Assembly (NCBI GenBank): GCA_038885755.1
Contig: JAVZZH010000003.1
Coordinates: 96,001 to 160,000 of the forward strand
DNA: 64,000 nucleotides
Source: Candidatus Caldarchaeum sp.
Lineage (GTDB): Archaea; Thermoproteota; Nitrososphaeria_A; Caldarchaeales; Caldarchaeaceae
Reading direction: 5' to 3'
Translations under genes and position numbers: made by a program
Shown: positions 29,910 through 38,294 of the stretch, one piece after another
Layout of the letters: the number at the start of each line of letters is the position of its first letter
Position numbering within the stretch: the first letter of the stretch is position 1
Notes under the pieces: model-generated
Databases searched by the model: none
Told to the model about the DNA's origin: nothing
The model's input: only the letters and a program-made list of their open reading frames with translations

Positions 29910-29940
29910 TTAGGCCGAACCTAATTTAGGGCGTGCCTAA
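29910..29940. promoter_or_regulatory. Tandem palindromes TTAGG-N5-CCTAA x2 (DtxR/MntR-type operator)
   Basis: TTAGGCCGAACCTAA (29910-29924) and TTAGGGCGTGCCTAA (29926-29940), directly upstream of a DtxR-family gene relic. Confidence 0.75.
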
Positions 29941-29948
29941 AAATAAAC

Positions 29949-30335
29949 TTGAATCATATTAAGGCTAGGTATCTGTCTGAGATATACCGTATGTTGGAGA
30001 GGCGTGAGGTTGTTGCCGCAGGCGTGTTGGCTGAAATGTTTCGAGTTAAGCCATCCTCGTCGTGGACGTGGTGGAAAGGCTGCGGAGAAAGGGCTTAATC
30101 GAGAGGCCCGCTTGGGGTAGGATGATCCTCGCTAGAAAAGGGTTTGAAACAGCCTCGAAGATTATACATAATCACAGGGTTCTGGAACCTTATTTCAGGA
30201 ACAAGCTTGACCTGCCACCTGAAGAAACTTGCAGTCAGCCCCTCCTTATTGACTATATGATCGGCGACCTTGTAGGTAATTAAAAAGATGTGTGAGAGGC
30301 TTAGCTGGAAGCCCCGAAAATGGCTGGTAAAGGGA
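29949..30335 (+). pseudogene. Frameshifted DtxR/MntR metal-dependent repressor
   Basis: RYLSEIY..LAEMFRVKPSS, frameshift near 30060, VERLRRKGLI..HNHRVLEPYF, second break near 30283. Confidence 0.82.
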
Positions 30336-30497
30336 TGCAAGGATAGGTATGGCGACAAACCGTTTCACGAGGTTCTGGGCAGTATAAGGCTTAAGCTGTC
30401 CAAAACAGTATGGCAGGCTTTATACATACCAGACATAGTTTAAAGGAAGAAATGATGAGAGACCTTTCTTCCATCCCTGATATCCCCACGATATAAA

Positions 30498-30611
30498 ATG
30501 GGGAAAGGATACTGTACCGTATGTGAAGAGACTTACGGGAACATGGATGGATGTCCAAACTGCCACAGAACCCTGAGAAAAAACCCAAGAAAAAAGCAGG
30601 CAGATGAATAA
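30498..30611 (+). CDS. 37-aa CxxC/CPxC zinc-finger microprotein (absent from the ORF track)
   Basis: MGKGYCTVCEETYGNMDGCPNCHRTLRKNPRKKQADE, translated by hand; may be the 3' part of a longer broken gene. Confidence 0.55.
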   Translation: MGKGYCTVCEETYGNMDGCPNCHRTLRKNPRKKQADE

Positions 30612-30618
30612 GGTATAT

Positions 30619-30692
30619 CGCCGGGGGCCCGATTTGAACGGGCGACCGACGGGTTAACAGCCCGCCGCTCTACCAGGCTGAGCTACCCCGGC
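30619..30692 (-). tRNA. tRNA-Asn(GTT), intronless, CCA not encoded
   Basis: GCCGGGGTAGCTCAGCCTGGTAGAGCGGCGGG-CTGTTAA-CCCGTCGGTCGCCCGTTCAAATCGGGCCCCCGGCG folds as a cloverleaf. Confidence 0.97.
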
Positions 30693-30718
30693 TGGTTTTT
30701 GGTTTCCGTTGTTTTTTA

Positions 30719-31555
30719 TTAAGTGTTTATCATGGTGGTTGCGGCTGCGGCCAGCGCTATTCCGGCGGCTCGGCGTTTTCCGAGCTTTTCATGGAGGATT
30801 GTTTTTGCGAGCAGCACCGTTGAAACGGGGTAGAGGGATGAGAGCACGCCTGCTACGTCGAGCCTTCCTGCTTGGCGGGCGAGAAGGTAGAAGAAGCTTC
30901 CAGCCGTGTCGAAGACGCCGGCCGCAACTACGTAGGGCAGGGCCTTGGATAGGGGTGGTGTGCTCTTCACGGATCGTATGACGGCGAAAGCCAGCCCAAC
31001 CGTCAAAAGCCTCGACACCATCAACGGGTAGAGGTAAGAGCCTTCAGACACCTGTCCTAGGAAGACTAGGAAGAGGCCGAAGCACAGCCCGGCGGCCGCC
31101 GGCAGTAAAGATACCGTCCGAGGCCTGAGATGGTCTGTCGAAAACCCGGCCACCAGCGCTATGCTTGCAAAAGCTAGGAAGAAGCCGAATGCTTGCTGCA
31201 CCGAGGGACTCCCCTCCAGAAAAGAGCCCGCAGCCGCAGGCACGACAGCGGTCAAGACGCCTGTCGCAGGCGCTGCGTACCCCATGCTTCCCCTCGACAG
31301 GGCTGCGTAGTAGAAGGTCAGTCCGAGGCCGCTGAAGACTCCTCCCAGCATCGACCAAACCAAATCAGCCAAGCTCGGCGGCTGCTCGCCCGTCCACAAC
31401 GCCAAGAATAGCAGCAGCGTGCATCCGATTGCCTGAGAATACGCAACCACGCCCGAGACACGAGCCTTCATCGAGGCGTAGCCGCCGAAGAAATCTCCAG
31501 CACCCCACGTAAAAGCTGAAGCGAGGCCGTACAGTGTTGCAACGGTTTCGGTCAA
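30719..31555 (-). CDS. DMT/EamA family transporter
   Basis: About 10 TM helices, WGAGDFFGG, SSLYPVSTVLLA..LHEKL. Confidence 0.88.
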   Translation of the reverse strand: MTETVATLYGLASAFTWGAGDFFGGYASMKARVSGVVAYSQAIGCTLLLFLALWTGEQPPSLADLVWSMLGGVFSGLGLTFYYAALSRGSMGYAAPATGVLTAVVPAAAGSFLEGSPSVQQAFGFFLAFASIALVAGFSTDHLRPRTVSLLPAAAGLCFGLFLVFLGQVSEGSYLYPLMVSRLLTVGLAFAVIRSVKSTPPLSKALPYVVAAGVFDTAGSFFYLLARQAGRLDVAGVLSSLYPVSTVLLAKTILHEKLGKRRAAGIALAAAATTMINT

Positions 31556-31627
31556 AACCAGCTACCTCGCATAACGGGGCCCGTAATAAACCGTGAGCCA
31601 AAAACTAAATGATGGATGACATGGTAA

Positions 31628-32350
31628 ATGGTCGTGAATGCTGTCGAGGTCGATGGGCTCTGGCGTTTCTTCGGGCAAACACCTGTGTTGAGGAACGTGG
31701 AGCTGTCGGTCGAGGAGGGCGTGGTTTTCGGGGTGATAGGCCCGAACGGAGCTGGCAAGACAACGCTTTTCAGAATCCTAGCAACGCTTCTGAAGCCCAG
31801 CCGGGGACAAGCCAGAGTCTTCGGGAAGGACGTCCTGAAGGAGCCGGCTGAAGCGAGGAAGCTCGTCTCCTACCTGCCGGAAGAGGCTGGAGTTTACAGA
31901 CACCTGACGGGAATAAGCTTCCTCAAGATGATGAAAACCCTCTACAACATGGACTCATCAGCTGTCGAGAGGGGTGCTGCAGTCTCAGGCCTGGGCGAAG
32001 CTCTGGGCAGGAAGATGGGCGAGTACAGCAAGGGAATGAAGCGGAGAATACTTCTCGCAAGCTGCTTAATGGTCAAGCCACGCTTGGCCATTCTCGACGA
32101 ACCTACCGCAGGCCTGGACGTGGAGCACTCAGTCTACGTCAGACAGGTCGTCAAGCAGTACTCAGCCGAGGGCACGACCTTCCTCGTCTCAAGCCACAAC
32201 ATGCTCGAGGTCAGTTATCTCTGCGACGTCATCGCACTCATAAACAAGGGCATGGTCGTCGAATGCGGCAGGCCTCGACAGCTTCTAGAATCTCACGGCG
32301 TTGAAAACCTCGAGGAGCTTTTCGTCAAGAAGGCCGGTGGCTCGGCGTGA
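31628..32350 (+). CDS. ABC exporter ATP-binding protein (NatA-like)
   Basis: GPNGAGKTT, YSKGMKRR, LDEPT, SSH. Confidence 0.92.
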   Translation: MVVNAVEVDGLWRFFGQTPVLRNVELSVEEGVVFGVIGPNGAGKTTLFRILATLLKPSRGQARVFGKDVLKEPAEARKLVSYLPEEAGVYRHLTGISFLKMMKTLYNMDSSAVERGAAVSGLGEALGRKMGEYSKGMKRRILLASCLMVKPRLAILDEPTAGLDVEHSVYVRQVVKQYSAEGTTFLVSSHNMLEVSYLCDVIALINKGMVVECGRPRQLLESHGVENLEELFVKKAGGSA

Positions 32351-33612
32351 AGGTTTGGCCTCTTCTGGCTAAAGAGATTCGTGAGCTTTTCAACGAGAAA
32401 ACAATCCTCGTCGGAGTGGTGCTGATGCCTTTGGTCGTCTTCCCCCTCCTCGGGGCAGTGTTCACCCTCGCGTCAGAAACAGGAGACGGGCCTCAAGCTC
32501 GTCAGCCCCTGCTCTTCATCGACATGGACGGAGGAAGATACGCCGCAGTCCTGCAACAAGCCTTGAGGACGGCTGGCTTCAACCTAACAGTGCTACACGG
32601 CTCCAGCTTTGAAGTGGTGGGTTCGATGAAGAGCCATCAAGCGAGAGCCGCCTTGGTTGTTGGGCAGGGGTTCACGCAGAGCTTGATCGACGGAAACAGG
32701 GCCGTGGCGGAGCTCTACGTATTGATAACCTCAACCTCGGTCTCCGAGGTTCAGCGTGTCTCATCCATCGAATCACTTGTCCTGAAAGCCATCGAAGCCG
32801 TCGGCGAGGCCATCGCAGCCGAGTCCAACGTCCCAGTCCAGCTATACAAGAAACCCATAGACTTGGCGGGCGGCCTCATCTACAGGGACAGGGTCATCAC
32901 GGCCCAAGAAGCCCAGACGATGTTTCAGCAGTACATATCGACGACTCTGTTCTTTCCGATTGTTCTGCTGATTGTGGTGGCTACGTCTGGAACGGTGGCG
33001 GCCACGAGCGTGGGTCTCGAGAAGGAGGCGAAGACGCTCGAGATGCTGCTGACGCTTCCTATAAGTAGGATGAGCATCCTTGCTGCGAAGCTGATGGGCT
33101 CGACTCTAGTAGCTTTGCTGGGAACGGCCTCTATGATGGCTGGGCTGTACTTCTACTTCTCGAGGATCGCTCCGGCTGCGGGGAACGGTGTCGGCATCCA
33201 ACTCAGCCCGCTCAGCTTCGTCTTCCTCGGCATGGTTCTTTTCGTGGCCATGACTGCGACGCTCGGCATAGGGATTCTCGCCGGAGTGCTGGCTGGCGAT
33301 GTGCGGGGAGGACAGCAGCTCGCAAGCTTGATGCAGATGCCGCTCATCCTGCCCCCATTCCTAGCGTTGATACTTGCGGATATCTCATCCATACCGCAGC
33401 CCTTCTCAACACTGCTGCTTTTAGACCCATACACGCACATCATCATAGCCCTTCAGTATGTTTACGAAGAGGCTTACATGTCAGCGTTCATCCATGTTGC
33501 GGCGATGGTCGTGTTCACGCTAGGAGTTCTCATGCTGGCTGCAGTGCTGTTCAGAGGGGAGAGGCTGATCACCATGCGGATAACTCTGGGAAAAAGAAGA
33601 AGACCCGTCTAG
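32347..33612 (+). CDS. ABC-2 type exporter permease (NatB-like)
   Basis: EKEAKTLEMLLTLP, KL motif, N-terminal TM plus extracellular loop plus further TMs. Confidence 0.88.
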   Translation: MKVWPLLAKEIRELFNEKTILVGVVLMPLVVFPLLGAVFTLASETGDGPQARQPLLFIDMDGGRYAAVLQQALRTAGFNLTVLHGSSFEVVGSMKSHQARAALVVGQGFTQSLIDGNRAVAELYVLITSTSVSEVQRVSSIESLVLKAIEAVGEAIAAESNVPVQLYKKPIDLAGGLIYRDRVITAQEAQTMFQQYISTTLFFPIVLLIVVATSGTVAATSVGLEKEAKTLEMLLTLPISRMSILAAKLMGSTLVALLGTASMMAGLYFYFSRIAPAAGNGVGIQLSPLSFVFLGMVLFVAMTATLGIGILAGVLAGDVRGGQQLASLMQMPLILPPFLALILADISSIPQPFSTLLLLDPYTHIIIALQYVYEEAYMSAFIHVAAMVVFTLGVLMLAAVLFRGERLITMRITLGKRRRPV

Positions 33613-35234
33613 ACGAAGGCCTCGGCCGCCCTAACGTATCTGGCTCTCTCGGCAGCCGCTTTCACGAACCCCAGAAAAGCAGGCTCCGGCCTGTTCGGCC
33701 TAGACAGGTACTCTGGATGGAACTGCGTGGCTAGGAAGAACCTGTGGCGTGGATACTCGATTATCTCGACACGGTCTCCCTCAGGTGAAAAACCTGAAAA
33801 AACAAGCCCATGGTCGACAAGCTGGCTCCAGTACTTCTGGGATACTTCATAACGATGTCGATGGCGTTGACGAATCTCAGTAGCACCATAGAGAGTGTGT
33901 GCAAGCGTTCCCTCGACGATTCTGACGGCCGAGGCTCCCAGCCTCATCGTCCCGCCCAACCCCTTGACTCCACGCTGCTCAGGCATCAAGTCGATCACCG
34001 GATGTGGAGTAGACTGGTCAAGCTCCGTCGAGTTAGCTCCAGCTAGGCCCAGAACGTTCCTGGCGAACTCGACGACGGCGAGCTGTAATCCGAAGCAAAG
34101 CCCAAGAAAGGGGATGTTGTTCTCTCTAGTGTACCTTATGCATTCGATCATCCCCTCCGTGCCTCTTCTGCCGAACCCTCCCGGAACCAGCACGCCGCCG
34201 AACTGCTGAAGCTCCTCGACATTCCTGACTCCCCGCTCAAAATCCTCCGTGTTTATCCACTCGACGCTAACACGGTGGCCGATGTTTACCGCTGCATGGC
34301 TCAACGCCTCCTTGATGCTTACGTAGGAGTCGGCCAGCTTTGTGTACTTGCCGCAAACAGCTATCCTCAACTCGCTGGAGGCGTTCTCGTAAAGATTCAT
34401 AACTCGACGCCATTCACTCCAGTCGGGAGACGAGCACTGCAGCCCAAGCCTCCTGACTATGAAATCCCCCATCCCCTGCTCCTCGAGAATCATGGGAACC
34501 TTGTAGATGAACTCGACGTCGTAGGACGAGAAGACAGCTTTCTCGGAGATCGTTCCGAAGAGAGCGATCTTGCGCCGAGCCTCCAAGTCGACTGGGGTCT
34601 CGCTCCTCGCCACTATGATGTCGGGCTGTATGCCCAGCGCCCTCAGCATGTTTACGCTGTGTTGAAGAGCTTTAGTCTTGAACTCGCCGGTGGCCTTCAA
34701 CGTCAAAACCAAAGCCACGTGGATGAAGAGAGTGTTTTCAACACCTTCCTCCAGCCTCATCTGCCGAACAGCCTCGAGGAAAGGCTGGCCCTCGATGTCT
34801 CCCACAGTCCCGCCCACCTCGACGATCAACACGTCCACGTCTCTCGAAGCATCCCTAATCCGCCGCTTTATCTCGTCGGTGATGTGGGGAACTATCTGGA
34901 CGCACTGGCCGAGGTAGTCGCCCCGCCTCTCCCTGCTGATGACCTCGGCGTAAACCTGCCCGGTGGTTATGTTGTTGAGCTTCGTCGTCCTGATGTCTAA
35001 AAACCGCTCGTACCATCCAAGGTCTAGGTCTGTCTCCCCGCCGTCGTCTGTCACGAAGACCTCGCCGTGTGAGAAAGGGTTGAGAGTTCCGGCGTCAACG
35101 TTGACGTAAGGGTCTATCTTGACGAAGCCTGTCTTGACTCCTCTGGTTTGGAGAATTTTACCGACGGAGGCGGCGACGGTGCCCTTGCCCACGCTGCTTA
35201 CTACGCCGCCGGTTACGAAGACATACTTCTGCAT
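33609..35234 (-). CDS. pyrG: CTP synthase
   Basis: GGVVSSVGKG, DPYVNVDAGT, GGTVGDIE, PGGFG, GLCFGLQ, RHRHRYE, QFHPE. Confidence 0.98.
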   Translation of the reverse strand: MQKYVFVTGGVVSSVGKGTVAASVGKILQTRGVKTGFVKIDPYVNVDAGTLNPFSHGEVFVTDDGGETDLDLGWYERFLDIRTTKLNNITTGQVYAEVISRERRGDYLGQCVQIVPHITDEIKRRIRDASRDVDVLIVEVGGTVGDIEGQPFLEAVRQMRLEEGVENTLFIHVALVLTLKATGEFKTKALQHSVNMLRALGIQPDIIVARSETPVDLEARRKIALFGTISEKAVFSSYDVEFIYKVPMILEEQGMGDFIVRRLGLQCSSPDWSEWRRVMNLYENASSELRIAVCGKYTKLADSYVSIKEALSHAAVNIGHRVSVEWINTEDFERGVRNVEELQQFGGVLVPGGFGRRGTEGMIECIRYTRENNIPFLGLCFGLQLAVVEFARNVLGLAGANSTELDQSTPHPVIDLMPEQRGVKGLGGTMRLGASAVRIVEGTLAHTLYGATEIRQRHRHRYEVSQKYWSQLVDHGLVFSGFSPEGDRVEIIEYPRHRFFLATQFHPEYLSRPNRPEPAFLGFVKAAAERARYVRAAEAFV

Positions 35235-35273
35235 AGGTAGGTTTGTTCGTGGGTAGATAAAGACCTTTCGAGC

Positions 35274-36710
35274 CTATACCTGTTTTGTGCTTGACAGTTT
35301 GACGTTGGGGATGAAGAGGTAGAGGACTAGGGTTGTCAAGGCTGCGGCTAGTGCGATTATCATGGAGTAGCTGAGGGCTGAGACGAACTGGGCTTTTTCG
35401 AGGGCCGTCAACACCACTTGAGCGTCTCCAACTCCTTCAACCCTTCTCACGACCGATGACAAAGGTATCCACATCACAGCCGCGGCTATGGCTCCTCCAA
35501 TCAGACGCAGGAAGCTGAGAAGAGACGTGGCCACGCCTAGGACGCTGCGGGGTACGAGAGTCTGAGTGGTTATGAGGAACGTCGAGACCGTGAACCCCAT
35601 TCCCAAACCTATCAGGGCCAGACCCGTGAGGGTGACTGGGAGGCCTAAGCCCAGCATGGTCAGCAAGGCTGCGCCGGCCACCAGTGCGATGCCGCTAACG
35701 TAGACGGGTGTTTTTACGCTGGATCTGACGACGACTCTGGCGGCCATGTTCGCCGCAGCAACCCATCCGAGAACCAGCGGCAGCAACAGCATCCCTGAGT
35801 TGGTTGCTGAGAAGCTTAGAGCCCACTGGAGGTAGAGCGGCATGTATGCTATGACTCCGAAGAAGATGAAGCCGGCGAGGAAGTTGCCCATGAAGCCCGT
35901 TCTGAGAACCTTTTCTTTGAAGAGCTGCAGAGGTATCAGAGGTGCCTCCGACCTTCGTTCGTTGTAGAGGAAGACCGTGAACGCCGCCCCCGACAGTAGA
36001 AGCATGAGCACGAGAGGACCGCTTGCTTGCACCTCGTTCAGATAAATCAGGAGCGTCGTCGCCGCCAACATGAACAGGACAGCTCCCTTCACATCGACCC
36101 TCGCCTTGTTGTCGACGGTGTTTTTCAACTGCTTCAGACCGATCAGCATGCAGACAACTCCTGCGGGAATGTTTATCAGGAATATCCACCGCCAGCCGAC
36201 GGAGTCGACTATCAGACCTCCCAGCGGAGGGCCTACGATGCTGGCTGAAGCCCATACCGAGGAGGTGTACCCCGTCGCCCTAGCCCTCTCCTTAAGGCTG
36301 AAAAGCTCCCCGATCAACGTGAACGTGAGTATCAGCAGGGCCCCTCCTCCAAGCCCCTGAACCGCCCTGAAAACTATCAGCTGAAGCATGTCTGACGCCA
36401 AGCCGCAGAGAAGACTCCCAGCCAAGAACAACGCCAGCCCAACTAGGTACACTGTCTTCCTGCCATAAACATCGCTGAACCTGCCCCACAAAGGCCCTGA
36501 AACAGTCGAGGTGAGTATGTAAGCCGTGAACGCCCAGCTGTATATCTCCAAGCCACGCAGAGAGCTTACTATGCTGGGCATGGCGACGGCCACTACGGTC
36601 GAGTCGACGGCTGCTAGGAAGATTCCCAGCAACAGCCCAGCTAGCAGCAGTCGTTGACGGCTTTCAGCCATTAGTTTCATCGATGGAGCGCTTGGATTTA
36701 ATTGTGTCAT
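35274..36710 (-). CDS. MFS transporter, 14-TM DHA2 (EmrB/QacA-like)
   Basis: DSTVVAVAMP, GRFSDVYGRK, RAVQGLGGG, GPPLGG, WRWIFLINIP. Confidence 0.92.
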   Translation of the reverse strand: MTQLNPSAPSMKLMAESRQRLLLAGLLLGIFLAAVDSTVVAVAMPSIVSSLRGLEIYSWAFTAYILTSTVSGPLWGRFSDVYGRKTVYLVGLALFLAGSLLCGLASDMLQLIVFRAVQGLGGGALLILTFTLIGELFSLKERARATGYTSSVWASASIVGPPLGGLIVDSVGWRWIFLINIPAGVVCMLIGLKQLKNTVDNKARVDVKGAVLFMLAATTLLIYLNEVQASGPLVLMLLLSGAAFTVFLYNERRSEAPLIPLQLFKEKVLRTGFMGNFLAGFIFFGVIAYMPLYLQWALSFSATNSGMLLLPLVLGWVAAANMAARVVVRSSVKTPVYVSGIALVAGAALLTMLGLGLPVTLTGLALIGLGMGFTVSTFLITTQTLVPRSVLGVATSLLSFLRLIGGAIAAAVMWIPLSSVVRRVEGVGDAQVVLTALEKAQFVSALSYSMIIALAAALTTLVLYLFIPNVKLSSTKQV

Positions 36711-36775
36711 ATGGGTTTGGATGTTTGTTTTCAGGAAAGGCTTTAAATCCCAGCGACAAAACCATGCATTAAAGT

Positions 36776-37372
36776 ATGCCTAAGAAGAAGCGTGGCAGCG
36801 AGACATCTTTCAGAACCTACTTGGCGTTCGTGCCGGCGGGTTTACTGGTCGCTTTTATCGTGTACCTAGTGGCTGTTCCACCCTCTCCCAACATCTCGAC
36901 AACCGGTGGCACGGTCCAGAACACGGTTGCTACAGGTTCTCAGGCTCCTGCCTTCAGCCTCAACCTCATAGATTCAAACGGTCTCAAGAACGAGGTCTTC
37001 GAGTTTAACCCGGCAAGCGGGAAACTCGTCTTCGTCGACTTTATTCACGAGTGGTGCGGCCACTGCCGCAACATGGCCCCAGTCATAGAAAGGCTGTACG
37101 AGAACTACAAGGACAAGGGGGTCGAGTTCATCACGGTTGCTGGGGGGCACAACACTGATGCGCAGAAGACGTCTGACTACTTGCGACAGTTCGGAGTTAG
37201 CTGGACGACGGTTTTCGACCAGCAGCTCAGCGTCTTCAACAAATACGGCGTTAGAGGAACGCCCACCTACTTCATCATAAGCCCCGGCGGCTCTATATTA
37301 GCCAAGTTTGAGGGGGAGCAGGCTTACGAGACGCTCGCCCGAGAGCTCGACAAGTATGTGGTCGTGAGGTAG
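36776..37372 (+). CDS. Membrane-anchored TlpA/thioredoxin-like redoxin
   Basis: N-terminal TM, WCGHC, YGVRGTPT. Confidence 0.9.
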   Translation: MPKKKRGSETSFRTYLAFVPAGLLVAFIVYLVAVPPSPNISTTGGTVQNTVATGSQAPAFSLNLIDSNGLKNEVFEFNPASGKLVFVDFIHEWCGHCRNMAPVIERLYENYKDKGVEFITVAGGHNTDAQKTSDYLRQFGVSWTTVFDQQLSVFNKYGVRGTPTYFIISPGGSILAKFEGEQAYETLARELDKYVVVR

Positions 37373-37373
37373 G

Positions 37374-37811
37374 GTGCTCTCTCTCCATCTGGCTGCAGCC
37401 TTATCTCTGGCCGGCTTGGTTCTCTCGCTCTACCTGACTGTAGCTCCTGTTCCAGAGTTCTGCGAGATCACGTCATTCGTTTCATGCGACCGAGTTCTAT
37501 CAAGCCCCTACGCCAAGCTTCTAGGAATCCCAACCGCCATGTACGGAGCCGCTTGGTTCGCAGCCGCCTCCTCTACCGCTCTTCTGGCCGTTGACAGGAG
37601 GCCGGCTCTGAAGCTGTTGGTTGCGTGGTCGGCTGCAGGCGCTGCTGGAGTCGCTGTGCTTGTCTACGTCGAGCTCTTCCTCATAAACGCTGTATGCCTG
37701 CTCTGCACGGCCGCCCACGTCTTGATACTGGCAGTTCTCGGGTTGTCGGTTTACGAGCTCCGCCGACAGCAGCTAACGTTCACGACGAAGCAGACAACAC
37801 AAGCGTACTAG
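37374..37811 (+). CDS. Vitamin K epoxide reductase (VKOR) family protein
   Basis: FCE....SCDRVLSSPY, GIP, CLLC..AH. Confidence 0.9.
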   Translation: MLSLHLAAALSLAGLVLSLYLTVAPVPEFCEITSFVSCDRVLSSPYAKLLGIPTAMYGAAWFAAASSTALLAVDRRPALKLLVAWSAAGAAGVAVLVYVELFLINAVCLLCTAAHVLILAVLGLSVYELRRQQLTFTTKQTTQAY

Positions 37812-38127
37812 CCGATGCGGCTACGATGAAAAAAGAAAGCCCTAGATGTATCAGTGAGGCTGCTTCGACCTCTGCGAGTATGAACAACCCAGCGATGCCC
37901 TGAACGACGAAAAGAAGGGTGAGGAACGCCACATCGGCTGAGATGCGTAGTTTTTCACGCCTCGTGCTTCTCGTCAAGCCCATGAGGATGAGGAATGTGA
38001 CTACTCCCAGACCTATGTGAGCGGGAGTTGCCACGGCTGGGTCGGCTAGGTTCATTCTCATGGCTATTCCCTGCGCGAGTTGGGCAGCGGCCAGGGCTAG
38101 GACGAGTGCCAAGGCTCGGATTATCAT
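37780..38127 (-). CDS. Small 4-TM hypothetical membrane protein
   Basis: Hydrophobic helices with QG/H repeats; TATA tttaaaaa near 38151. Confidence 0.65.
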   Translation of the reverse strand: MIIRALALVLALAAAQLAQGIAMRMNLADPAVATPAHIGLGVVTFLILMGLTRSTRREKLRISADVAFLTLLFVVQGIAGLFILAEVEAASLIHLGLSFFIVAASASTLVLSASS

Positions 38128-38294
38128 GGTTTGACGGATGTTTGAGGCTGTTTAAAAACCTAAAACACGGCGAATCGTTAAAAAGACGTGAATAAGCGTG
38201 TTTCGTTGTAAATTTGACGAACCAAACGAATAAATATCGGCTTATTACCATAGTTCTTCTTGTTGATGGGGCGGACGGAAACATGCAGGAAGCC

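Larger units (their letters stand above)
1..30618. mobile_element. Putative genomic (catabolic) island; right end at the tRNA-Asn 3' end, left end outside the window
   Basis: Only accessory catabolic and transport genes plus many pseudogenes. Visibly more AT-rich by eye than the DNA right of 30.7 kb (not computed). Abuts a tRNA 3' end. No integrase or att duplicate seen. Confidence 0.55.

Noticed and set aside
30452-30480. C/D-box-like ATGATGA...CTGA (also ATGATGA at ~61965)
   Set aside because: No complete C-D'-C'-D arrangement with normal spacing
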